41,959 nucleotides of DNA from Elusimicrobiota bacterium (lineage in GTDB: Bacteria; Elusimicrobiota; Elusimicrobia; UBA1565; UBA9628): assembly GCA_041660645.1 (NCBI GenBank), contig JBAZVY010000001.1, positions 25,164 through 67,122 of the forward strand, given 5' to 3'. Made by a program: the position numbers and the translations under genes. Shown here piece after piece: positions 1-7,721 of the stretch. The first letter of the stretch is position 1. Each line of letters starts with the position of its first letter. The notes beneath the pieces are model-generated. The model was given only the letters and a program-made list of their open reading frames with translations, did not search any database and was not told the origin of the DNA.

Positions 1-1
1 C

Positions 2-235
2 AGCGCCGCCCTGGCGGCTTACGCCGCCACCGGGCTATTCGACTCCGCAAGCCTGCGCGCGGCGCGCGCCGCTCCGGCGGCGCCCGATCCGGCCGCGGCC
101 TCCGCCAACGCCTGCCGCGAGGAATGGCGCGCCGAAACCGCGGCCCTGCCCAAAGCCATGGCCCTGCTCTCCGAGGCAATGGAAGCGGAGAGACGATTCC
201 GGCAAGAACGGGAGCCCCATGCCTATAAAGACTAG
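2..235 (+). CDS. C-terminal fragment of an unidentified protein (5' end lies outside the window)
   Basis: Frame 2 is open from the window edge to TAG at 233-235. The translation is Ala-rich with GC-rich third positions (...EEWRAETAALPKAMALLSEAMEAERRFRQEREPHAYKD*). It is absent from the ORF track because it has no start codon in the window. No family recognised. Confidence 0.4.
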   Translation, partial: SAALAAYAATGLFDSASLRAARAAPAAPDPAAASANACREEWRAETAALPKAMALLSEAMEAERRFRQEREPHAYKD

Positions 236-803
236 CCTGCTGGTATGCAGCCTGTTATGCTGGTCCGGCCCGGCTCCGGCCCAAGGCCCGGCGCCCGAGC
301 GCGCGGACGGCAAGTACCTCACCTACTCCCCGGCCTCCGGAATGTTCTCCTGCCAGATACCGGCCTCTGGCTGGTATCCATTCGATGAGGAAGACGCCCA
401 GGGCCCGGTGGTGCATATACTCGGCCCGGAGAACCCGGCCGGCGACTATCGCGCCGGACTATCGATACGTTGGCTGGACCCCTCCCAATCCGGCTACGTG
501 GAGCCCAAAAAAGCCGTGGATATCCTGCGCCGCCCGGACAAAACCACGGCCCGCAGCGCCACGTCGGTGCGGCCCCTGCGCGTGGCCAACCTCCTGGCCC
601 GCGTATTCGAGATCCAGGAGACCCGGACCCTGCCCCTGGACCGTCTCCCCGCCGGATCCGAGGTACTGCATCACTACGTGGCGGTCATTCCCAACGGCTC
701 AGGCTACTATATGATAAGGCTGTCTTCTTCCCGAGACACCTACCTGGACCTGCGCGACGAGTTCGCCCATTTCCTCAAGACCTTCGAACCCATAGGCCGT
801 TGA
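219..803 (+). CDS. hypothetical exported protein (194 aa)
   Basis: ATG start preceded by GGGAG. N-terminal signal-like segment MPIKTSLLVCSLLCWSGPAPAQ. The stop overlaps the TTG start of the downstream amidase (TTGA). No family recognised. Confidence 0.6.
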   Translation: MPIKTSLLVCSLLCWSGPAPAQGPAPERADGKYLTYSPASGMFSCQIPASGWYPFDEEDAQGPVVHILGPENPAGDYRAGLSIRWLDPSQSGYVEPKKAVDILRRPDKTTARSATSVRPLRVANLLARVFEIQETRTLPLDRLPAGSEVLHHYVAVIPNGSGYYMIRLSSSRDTYLDLRDEFAHFLKTFEPIGR

Positions 804-1540
804 CCACCTTGCCCCGGCTTTGCATCGTCGCATCCTTGCTGCTCGCCCTGGCCCCGGCCGGCGCCTACGGCGCAGTCCCGGCCTTCCCACCCGCGGCCGT
901 CTCAGCTTCGACCGCCAGCCGGCCCATAGTGATAGACGCGGGCCATGGCGGAGAAGACTTCGGAGCCGTAGCCTTCAAACGCTATGAGAAGGACATCGCT
1001 CTGGCGGTGGCCCGAAAACTCCAGTCCCGCCTCCAGGCCCTGGGGCCGGTCCGCATGACCAGGGAAGACGACCGCTACGTGCCTCTGGACGTACGCGTAC
1101 AGGAGACTGCGGATTGGGACGGGGCCCTCTTCATCTCCCTGCACGCCAACAAAGTGTTCCGCAAGAAGCTCCGCGGCCTCACGATCTACGCCTACGGCCC
1201 AGGCGGCGGCCGCAGCGACCGTCGCCATCGCCGCCAGCGCAGATTGCCGCCCCTCCTGCCCCCGCCGCCGGAACAGAGACGCGCCAGCGCCGCGCTGGCC
1301 GTCCGGATCATGCGCGATCTGCGCCGCGGGGGATTCCCGGTGGAACCGGTGGAACGCGCGGACTACTATGTACTGAAGAACCCCCGCACTCCCAGCGTGC
1401 TCGTGGAGATGGGCTACCTGAGCAACCCCGAGGAATCCCGGCTCCTGGCCGACCCCGCATACCAAGACCGTCTGGCCGATACCCTGGCCCGGTCGCTGAG
1501 CTCGGCAGCGGCGGCTACCGCGGCGCCGCCGAACGATTGA
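800..1540 (+). CDS. N-acetylmuramoyl-L-alanine amidase (Amidase_3 / AmiC-like), exported
   Basis: Motifs IVIDAGHGGEDFGA, LFISLHAN and VLVEMGYLSNPEE are typical of cell-wall amidase family 3. The ORF-track entry 470-1540 carries an Arg/Pro-rich N-terminal extension that overlaps the upstream gene. I place the start at TTG 800 (alternative TTG 809), which gives the signal peptide LTTLPRLCIVASLLLALAPAGAYG. Confidence 0.85.
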   Translation: MTTLPRLCIVASLLLALAPAGAYGAVPAFPPAAVSASTASRPIVIDAGHGGEDFGAVAFKRYEKDIALAVARKLQSRLQALGPVRMTREDDRYVPLDVRVQETADWDGALFISLHANKVFRKKLRGLTIYAYGPGGGRSDRRHRRQRRLPPLLPPPPEQRRASAALAVRIMRDLRRGGFPVEPVERADYYVLKNPRTPSVLVEMGYLSNPEESRLLADPAYQDRLADTLARSLSSAAAATAAPPND

Positions 1541-1904
1541 GCAGCAGCTGCACGCAGTCCACCAACTCCCGGCCGTCCAGCGGCTTGGAAAGATAAGCGT
1601 CCGCTCCGCAGCCCTCGGCCTCCATGGCCGCACCGGCGGCGCCCAGGCCGGAGAGCATGATCACGGGCACGGTCTTGGTCAAGGCGTCCGCGCGCAAGGC
1701 GCGGCAAGTCTCGAAGCCATCCATCATGGGCATGGAGTAATCCAAGATGACCAGGTCCGGACGATTGCGCTGGGCCGCTTCCAGGGCTTGCGCGCCGTCC
1801 AAAACGGATATGACCTTCAGCCCGGGGACCCGGCCCAGCCATCTCTCCAGTATGCGCGCGACGTCCGCTTCGTCATCCACCACCAGTATGAGCTTCTCGG
1901 CCAT
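1515..1904 (-). CDS. single-domain response regulator (CheY-like receiver, no output domain)
   Basis: ILVVDDE, phospho-acceptor context DLVILDYSMPMMDG, and the conserved MLSG and SKP positions. 129 aa. Only a 2-nt gap to the upstream gene. Confidence 0.9.
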   Translation of the reverse strand: MAEKLILVVDDEADVARILERWLGRVPGLKVISVLDGAQALEAAQRNRPDLVILDYSMPMMDGFETCRALRADALTKTVPVIMLSGLGAAGAAMEAEGCGADAYLSKPLDGRELVDCVQLLLNRSAAPR

Positions 1905-1906
1905 GG

Positions 1907-2764
1907 TCAGCTACCCCCATTCTGGATGCAGCCACGATACAACAGATACGCGCGCCGGTCCAGGGTGGACATCTTCTGCATCTCTTCCGGGCTGAGTCCC
2001 GGTATATCACGCCGCGAATGCCAATCGTTCATCCGGTCATAAAGGGTCTGACGCAAGTCCAAGTCGGAGATATCGGAGCCCGGGAAAACGCGCAACTCGC
2101 TCAAGACCGCGCCCTGGCGCAATTGCCGGGCCCAATAGCGGGCCTTTAATTCGAGTATCCCGCGTTCGATGCTGTCGACCTGCTCGCGGGCCCCGACGCA
2201 GTATTCCGCCACCGCGTCCCGCAGGTCTTCCGCCGGACGCGGGGCCGAACGCAAGCCGGAGCGCGGCACCGGCTGCTCGTAAGCCGCCCGGACCAATCCC
2301 GTCTCGACCTCGATGAGCCGGGCCTGCACGACCAGATCCCGGCCCCGGCTCATGTAACTTCCCACCACGAGGCCTTCCACGGACAAAGTCCGGCCCAAAG
2401 TCCAACGCCCGGACGAGCTATAGGCCGCCTCCGCGGACAAGCCTTGCTCGGCCAGCAGCTTATCGAGCATGGAGCGCTCCACGGTCTGTACGCCGCCGGT
2501 CCGGACCAGGCCGATTATGATGCGCTCGGATATGGAACGGCCGTATCCGCCGCTGGTGTCGTCCGAAGGCACGAACGGCAGGACTGCCACGCGCGCGATA
2601 TGAGCGCCCTGCGCCGCAGAAGATAAATCTCGGGCCAAGGCGCCCAACCCCGCCGCGCCCACCCAGCCGGGCATGAATGCCGCTGCCGCGATCACCCGGA
2701 CCGCAGCCCTTGCCCTCGCCCCACAATGGACCCCGCAGCTCATCCTGAAAATAGGATAGGCCAT
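1907..2764 (-). CDS. hypothetical exported protein with a CsgG/FlgO/LpoB-like periplasmic domain
   Basis: The segment VAVLPFVPSDDTSGGYGRSISERIIIGLVRTGGVQTVERSMLDKLLAEQGL...GRTLSVEGLVVGSYMSRGRDLVVQARLIEVETG matches the pattern shared by CsgG, FlgO and LpoB type envelope proteins. The C-terminal 120 aa are unassigned. The start is uncertain because there is no clear SD. Confidence 0.6.
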   Translation of the reverse strand: MAYPIFRMSCGVHCGARARAAVRVIAAAAFMPGWVGAAGLGALARDLSSAAQGAHIARVAVLPFVPSDDTSGGYGRSISERIIIGLVRTGGVQTVERSMLDKLLAEQGLSAEAAYSSSGRWTLGRTLSVEGLVVGSYMSRGRDLVVQARLIEVETGLVRAAYEQPVPRSGLRSAPRPAEDLRDAVAEYCVGAREQVDSIERGILELKARYWARQLRQGAVLSELRVFPGSDISDLDLRQTLYDRMNDWHSRRDIPGLSPEEMQKMSTLDRRAYLLYRGCIQNGGS

Positions 2765-2802
2765 GCGCTTTGCCGGAGATTTAACCGCCGCTGAAATTAC
2801 GT

Positions 2803-3942
2803 TTAAGTATCGCGGTTAAGAGCCTGGTGGGAGCGGCGTATGAGGTTGTGGACCCTAACGCAGAACTGACGGTAGCGCATGCGCCCGGAACGAGAATTCA
2901 AGATGCCCAGGTCGCGATTTATCCACTTCAGCCGGGTGCTGTCCGTATAATGGTCCGCGTCATCTTCCAGGCTGTCGCGCAAACTCTCGAAGTCATCGTC
3001 TTCCAGATAGAGCTTCCCAGGCAGCTGATCGCGCATGAAAGCCACGAACGCCTCCGGGCTCTTGCGCAGCTCCCGGACCATGGCCTCCGAAAAACTCCCG
3101 GGCTGGGATCTTATGCCCAATTCCGCCATGACCTGCAAGGTGACGATATGCGCCTCCATCTCCATCTCCAAGGACTCCGCCGGGAGATCCTGGGCGTGCT
3201 GCAGGATATGGATCAACTCATGGGTCACGGTAGCCGCCGCATTCGCGGTGTCGCCGTGCAAATAAGGAAGGCTGAGATACAGGACGTTCTTGAAATAATC
3301 GTACTCGCCCAAAGAATTGCCCAATTCCTTGAACCGCACGGGCACGGCCCCTCGGCCCCGGGCCAGGCCGCGCACCGAGCGCAATACCTTCATAGCCGTA
3401 GGCGAAGCCGCGGCCGCGGCCAATATCTCATCCAATCGGCCGGCATGCTTGGCCACTTCCGAATGCACGCCGCCCGCGGCCCGGGCCCGGGCCGCGGCCG
3501 CCGGGCGCGGCTCCGCGCGCGCCATCGCTTCCGGTCCGGCGCGCCCGTTGTCCCAGAACGAATACAACTCTGCGTAATGGTCCCCCGCGCGCGCCGCATC
3601 CAGGATCGGACCTCGGCCGGAGACCAGGGGCGCCTCTCCGAACGAAAAAGCCGGCAGCGGTCCCGCCGCCATATCCGGCCCGGCCTGCGGCGCTATCATG
3701 GCCAGAGGCCTAAGCACAGGCGAGGGCATGGTCGATAACATTGAGGACGGCGCCATAAGAGATGATCCCGCCAGCAAATTACCGGGGTGGATAGATGCAG
3801 GGAAAACATATTGCACCGCTGGCGCTCCGGCCGGCGATTTAAAAGGCGTTAGACGGATCGGGGCGCCATACGCGGCCCCGGACGCGGATAGCGCCCAGGC
3901 CAGGCCTACGATATAGCGTATAGGATTGATTTTTAAGATCAT
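2803..3942 (-). CDS. hypothetical exported protein with an HExxH zinc-metalloprotease motif
   Basis: THELIHILQH is followed by ESLEMEMEAH (HExxH plus a downstream Glu, gluzincin-like). The signal peptide MILKINPIRYIVGLAWALSASGAAYGAP begins at ATG 3942, which overlaps the upstream stop codon (ATGA). The ORF-track start at 3993 would overlap the upstream gene. Confidence 0.6.
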   Translation of the reverse strand: MILKINPIRYIVGLAWALSASGAAYGAPIRLTPFKSPAGAPAVQYVFPASIHPGNLLAGSSLMAPSSMLSTMPSPVLRPLAMIAPQAGPDMAAGPLPAFSFGEAPLVSGRGPILDAARAGDHYAELYSFWDNGRAGPEAMARAEPRPAAAARARAAGGVHSEVAKHAGRLDEILAAAAASPTAMKVLRSVRGLARGRGAVPVRFKELGNSLGEYDYFKNVLYLSLPYLHGDTANAAATVTHELIHILQHAQDLPAESLEMEMEAHIVTLQVMAELGIRSQPGSFSEAMVRELRKSPEAFVAFMRDQLPGKLYLEDDDFESLRDSLEDDADHYTDSTRLKWINRDLGILNSRSGRMRYRQFCVRVHNLIRRSHQALNRDT

Positions 3943-5081
3943 CGGCTCCGAGGCGTGGACGCGGCCAATATGGCTTTGAAATGTTGCTCCCACTGCTGGG
4001 AGCGATAGGATATTTTCAAAATCTTGGACGCGTCCGGTTTGCCGCCGGCTAATTGTGAAAGGTCATAGAGATCGAAACCGTCCAATTCGAATGCCAGGGT
4101 AAGGTTCTGCCCGTTGCGTATGGCGATACCGATGTCATTGTCGCTAGGGTCGCTGGGGGAAGCGGGTATCCATCCCGAGGACCCGAGCCAATAAGGCGGA
4201 TGGGTATGCCACTGCCCGACATGACGCCCATTCCATTCCACGCTGGTCACAGGTTCCAGCATATTCGCCGGATTAAAATCATAACCGCTGCCCGCGTTCT
4301 CCAACACGCACTCCACCATATCCTGCATCTGCTTACGGCGCAACTCAGCCTTGGCCGGATCTTTCGGCAACTTCAAGATCGTTGCCACCTTCGCGCGCAG
4401 GTTGCCCCGATCGTCAACGACCTTTATAGCCTCAGGGTACTGCTCAAAAAGCTCGGCCAGCCCTACCGGGTCGGAGGCTCGTTCGCCGATCTTGCGCATG
4501 AGCACACGGCTGTTATCCGGATATTCATGGAACTCCAGGCCGTTCTTGCCCAACGTGGCCTCGCCGCCCACTTCCAGGACCTTTACGGCGCCAGGCATAG
4601 CCAAGCGATCCGCTATGGACTTCTCAAATATCACAGCTATGCTGCGCACCCCTTGCGGGGAAAGTACCGCGGCGCGCAATTCATGATGCGAGATCGGATA
4701 GGACTCCGCCGACACCGTAGTCCCCATATATCGATCGAGCCGCTCCAAAGCCAACCCCAACCCAGAAGACAGCCGCAGGCTATCTCCAAAAGCATCCATC
4801 AGCACGCGCCCATCGCCATGGCGTAGCATGACCACATGCTGCCGGCCCTTAGCCCATTCGCCTACGGCTTTAGCCTCAGCACCCAATCCGCGAAAATCTT
4901 GGCTCACTATCATGCCGATCATCTGTTCCGTGACCGCAGGATGCACCGGCCGCCTGCCCACCGCGGCCGACAGCTTAGGAACCTCGATAGGAGCCGGCGC
5001 CCAATCCCCGCAATAGCCGGACCCCGAGGCCCAGGCGAACGTCAGAACGGACAGTCCGGTGCGCAGCATGCGCGTACTCAT
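3939..5081 (-). CDS. hypothetical exported protein with a C-terminal JAB/MPN-like H-x-H-P...S-x-x-D motif
   Basis: The C-terminus reads GQWHTHPPYWLGSSGWIPASPSDPSDND, with Glu residues upstream (VECVLEN). The signal-like N-terminus MSTRMLRTGLSVLTFAWASG starts at ATG 5081. Alternative starts are 5135 (ORF track) and 5069. None has a clear SD. Confidence 0.55.
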   Translation of the reverse strand: MSTRMLRTGLSVLTFAWASGSGYCGDWAPAPIEVPKLSAAVGRRPVHPAVTEQMIGMIVSQDFRGLGAEAKAVGEWAKGRQHVVMLRHGDGRVLMDAFGDSLRLSSGLGLALERLDRYMGTTVSAESYPISHHELRAAVLSPQGVRSIAVIFEKSIADRLAMPGAVKVLEVGGEATLGKNGLEFHEYPDNSRVLMRKIGERASDPVGLAELFEQYPEAIKVVDDRGNLRAKVATILKLPKDPAKAELRRKQMQDMVECVLENAGSGYDFNPANMLEPVTSVEWNGRHVGQWHTHPPYWLGSSGWIPASPSDPSDNDIGIAIRNGQNLTLAFELDGFDLYDLSQLAGGKPDASKILKISYRSQQWEQHFKAILAASTPRSR

Positions 5082-5160
5082 GCTTATAGGATAGGAAGAC
5101 CGGCACGGAATCGCCTGGGCCCTTGGGGCCCCCATCAGGGGATTTAAGGCCTAGGCCTGC

Positions 5161-5535
5161 TCAGGCCTGCTGGTAGCCCAGGAATTTGCTCAGCGTTTCG
5201 CCGAGCTGTTTGGCTTCGAACGGCTTGCCCAGCACGCCCTGGGCGCCCTTCATCCGGGCATCGGAGATCGTATGCTCGGAGACATCGCTGCCCGTCATTA
5301 TTATTATCGGGATGTCGCTTTGCTTGCGCATCTTGGTCAAAACGTCCCATCCGTTATCGCCGTCCAAAGACAGATCCACCAGGGCCAGATCCACGCCTGG
5401 ACAGCTTATGAGCTTGAGGGCGGATCGCGTAGACGCTACGGATATGACGTCATAGCCTAGATTATGCGCCATCCAGGTCAGCATCCGGCTGAAATCGAAG
5501 TCATCGTCCACTACCAATATCTTCTTGCGGGGCAT
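5161..5535 (-). CDS. single-domain response regulator (CheY-like receiver)
   Basis: KILVVDDD, LALVDLSLDGDNG, IIMTG and GKPF. 124 aa with no output domain. Confidence 0.9.
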   Translation of the reverse strand: MPRKKILVVDDDFDFSRMLTWMAHNLGYDVISVASTRSALKLISCPGVDLALVDLSLDGDNGWDVLTKMRKQSDIPIIIMTGSDVSEHTISDARMKGAQGVLGKPFEAKQLGETLSKFLGYQQA

Positions 5536-5547
5536 GAGCAGTGGAAT

Positions 5548-5576
5548 AATTTACCATAAAATTACTCATGTTACAA
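5548..5576 (-). promoter_or_regulatory. candidate sigma70-type promoter for the receiver gene at 5535
   Basis: Read on the minus strand: TTGTAA (5576-5571), a 17-nt spacer, then TGg-TAAATT (5553-5548), ending 12 nt before the ATG. It lies in a strikingly AT-rich 63-bp spacer (5536-5598). Confidence 0.4.
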
Positions 5577-5598
5577 TAGTTATCAAAACCCTCAGGAC

Positions 5599-6033
5599 TC
5601 AACCCCCTCCCAACCGCCACAGCTTGAGCCCGAGCTCCGGGACCAAGCGCCTTTCCACGGCGCCCGGGATCGCGCGCAGATATATCTCGCAGGTGGGATC
5701 CGCCACGGCCCGGAACAGGTGCCCGGCGCGGACGCTCATGTCCTTCAGGCTCAAAGCCACATGCGCGTGCAGCAACGATTGCCCGTCTTCCAGCCGTGAA
5801 ACGTTGCCGGTCAAGGATATGATCTCCACCGGCCCGGGGAACGTTTCCTTGTGATAGGCTTGGGTCTTCGGGTCAAAATGTCCGACCTCGATCTCGCGGG
5901 CCGCGCCTATGCCGGAAAGCGTCCCCGCGCATATGCGCCGGTCGTTTAAAAATGCGTTCAAAGCCGCGACCAACTCCTCTCCGGGCAGGGCCTTTATCGC
6001 CCACCAACCGTCTTTCATCTCGCGATATTCCAT
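5599..6033 (-). CDS. PPC-domain (DUF296) protein
   Basis: The 144-aa protein MEYREMKDGWWAIKALPGEELVAALNAFLNDRRICAGTLSGIGAAREIEVGHFDPKTQAYH... resembles the PPC/DUF296 fold family. A strong SD (AGGAGGG) lies 3 nt before ATG 6033. The 462-aa ORF-track entry is an antisense-extended artefact. Confidence 0.75.
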   Translation of the reverse strand: MEYREMKDGWWAIKALPGEELVAALNAFLNDRRICAGTLSGIGAAREIEVGHFDPKTQAYHKETFPGPVEIISLTGNVSRLEDGQSLLHAHVALSLKDMSVRAGHLFRAVADPTCEIYLRAIPGAVERRLVPELGLKLWRLGGG

Positions 6034-6102
6034 GATCCCTCCTAGCGCCTCATTATGGCAAATTGTACGGGCTTTCCCGATTTGATATCTTAGAACTACA
6101 AA

Positions 6103-6795
6103 ATGCTCCCTACCAAGCCCATATGCATGGTCGGCATAGGCGGCGGCAGCGGCTCCGGCAAATCCTGCCTGGCATCTTCCCTCAAGAACGCGCTCGGCGA
6201 CCAGATCGCCATAGTCTGCATGGACTGGTACTATCGCGATAACGGACAGCTCTCGGACGCCGAAGCCAAGAAGCTCAATTTCGACCACCCCGATGCCATA
6301 GACATGCCCCTGCTCTTGGCCCAGCTCGACGCGCTCATGGCCGGCGCGATCGTGCATGCCCCGCGCTACGATTATGCCGCCCATGCCCGCCGCCGGCAGA
6401 CCCATATCGTGCATCCGGCTCCGATCATATTGCTGGAAGGCCTGCTCGTACTGCACGACCCCCGTCTGCTCCAGCGCCTCTACCTCTCGGTCTACATAGA
6501 CGTCCCGGACGACCAACGCCTCATCCGGCGCATCCGGCGCGACGTGGAGCGCCGCCACGTGGGCCTGGAAGAGACCTTGCGTCTCTACGAACACTGCGTG
6601 CGGCCCATGCACAACCGCTTCATCCATCCCTCTTCGGCCAATGCCACCTGGATCTGGCAGCAGAACGAGGATAAGAATTTCTCCCGCGACCTGGCCTCCC
6701 ACCTGCGCATGGTCCTGCGCAGCAAACGCAAAGGCGCGGCGCCGCGGCCGGCCTCCGGCAGCCTGCAAGCCCGCGCTCCCCGCCCCCGCCGCTGA
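6103..6795 (+). CDS. udk: uridine kinase
   Basis: P-loop GIGGGSGSGKS, then NFDHPDAID, ILLEGLL, VYIDVPDDQRLIRRIRRD. Confidence 0.9.
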   Translation: MLPTKPICMVGIGGGSGSGKSCLASSLKNALGDQIAIVCMDWYYRDNGQLSDAEAKKLNFDHPDAIDMPLLLAQLDALMAGAIVHAPRYDYAAHARRRQTHIVHPAPIILLEGLLVLHDPRLLQRLYLSVYIDVPDDQRLIRRIRRDVERRHVGLEETLRLYEHCVRPMHNRFIHPSSANATWIWQQNEDKNFSRDLASHLRMVLRSKRKGAAPRPASGSLQARAPRPRR

Positions 6796-6821
6796 GCGCG
6801 CACAAACGGCCCTACTTTTTA

Positions 6822-6827
6822 TACAAT
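6822..6827 (+). promoter_or_regulatory. -10 box (TACAAT) 6 nt upstream of ATG 6834; candidate leaderless start
   Basis: The sequence is TACAAT-ccggat-ATG with no SD. No convincing -35 element was seen. Confidence 0.35.
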
Positions 6828-6833
6828 CCGGAT

Positions 6834-7721
6834 ATGAAGACCACCATCGCGTTGTTCCTGCTTTTAGCCGCATCCCCGGCCTCCGCCGTATATTTCGATG
6901 CCGGCCTCGGACAGAGCTTCGGCCATGGCAACTACGTGGGCACCTCCGGCTTCGTGGAAGTCGGCGAAGACGACGGCATATACGCAAAGCCCAGCTTCTC
7001 CACCTACCATTCCGACTACATCAAATCCACCAAGACCTACGGCCTGCGCGCCGGCTATGCCAACAAGCACTTGGACATAGGCCTAGAAGGTTCGGTCACG
7101 CCCAAGGTAGACGGCTACCGCAGCAACTCTTTAGGGGCGGACGCGACCTTCTCCTTGTTCCCGGGCCGGGGCAGCCGCCGCAGCGCGCTCAAGGAAAGTT
7201 CGGGGAAATCCAGCAGCGGATTATTGCGCGTGGACCTAGGCGGCGGCATCCGCCAGACCTCGCATAAGGAAGACACGGCCGCAGCCGTGCGCCGCGGCCG
7301 CGGCACGGGCCATGAGATCAACCTCAACCAAACCGACCTCTCGGCATTCGCCGGCGCCAGCATATTCATCGTGGACGCCAACGCGGAGCTGACCCAGAGC
7401 CTGTACAGCAAGAGCTCGGACCAGATGACGCGCAGCTTGCAGCAGACCGCCGGCACCGGAGCCAATCCCGCGGTATTCGGCTTCCCGAACACCTCGGCCA
7501 CGGCCAAGGTGTCCGTGCGCCTCATGCCCCTGCTGCGGCCTTTCGCCCAATATACCCACACCACCTACAAACTGCAGCAGCCCGCATCTCATGCCTATCG
7601 GCTGGGCGCCAAGACCGACTTGATGATGGTCCAGGCCCAAGGTTATTACGAGATATACGATCCGGGCGCCGGGGCCAAGAAGCAGGCCTACTACGGGCTG
7701 AGCGCCGGGCTGAAGTTCTAA
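6834..7721 (+). CDS. hypothetical outer-membrane beta-barrel protein
   Basis: Signal peptide MKTTIALFLLLAASPASA, alternating amphipathic strands, and a C-terminal ...YYGLSAGLKF ending in Phe, which is an OMP-type C-terminal signature. Confidence 0.6.
   Translation: MKTTIALFLLLAASPASAVYFDAGLGQSFGHGNYVGTSGFVEVGEDDGIYAKPSFSTYHSDYIKSTKTYGLRAGYANKHLDIGLEGSVTPKVDGYRSNSLGADATFSLFPGRGSRRSALKESSGKSSSGLLRVDLGGGIRQTSHKEDTAAAVRRGRGTGHEINLNQTDLSAFAGASIFIVDANAELTQSLYSKSSDQMTRSLQQTAGTGANPAVFGFPNTSATAKVSVRLMPLLRPFAQYTHTTYKLQQPASHAYRLGAKTDLMMVQAQGYYEIYDPGAGAKKQAYYGLSAGLKF

Noticed and set aside
470-799. Upstream extensions of ORF-track entries: 470-799 (amidase), 36982-37338 (PEPCK), 32588-32941 (mcsB), 32127-32573 (mcsA), 26314-26427 (lolE), 20963-21151 (kinase).
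   Set aside because: Each extension overlaps the preceding well-supported gene in another frame and has low-complexity composition. Internal starts give canonical N-termini or signal peptides and typical stop/start overlaps.
5143-5172. Short tandem motifs AGGCCT-AGGCCT and AGGCCTGCT-c-AGGCCTGCT around the stop codon of the receiver gene.
   Set aside because: They are only 6-9 bp long, GC-rich and partly inside coding sequence, which is compatible with chance in this base composition. No further copies were noticed.
6034-6987. N-terminal 318 residues of the 462-aa ORF 5599-6987 (minus strand).
   Set aside because: Only the last 144 codons resemble a PPC/DUF296 protein, and they have their own strong SD and ATG at 6033. 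The extension runs antisense through udk and the OMP gene and is Arg/Gly-rich.
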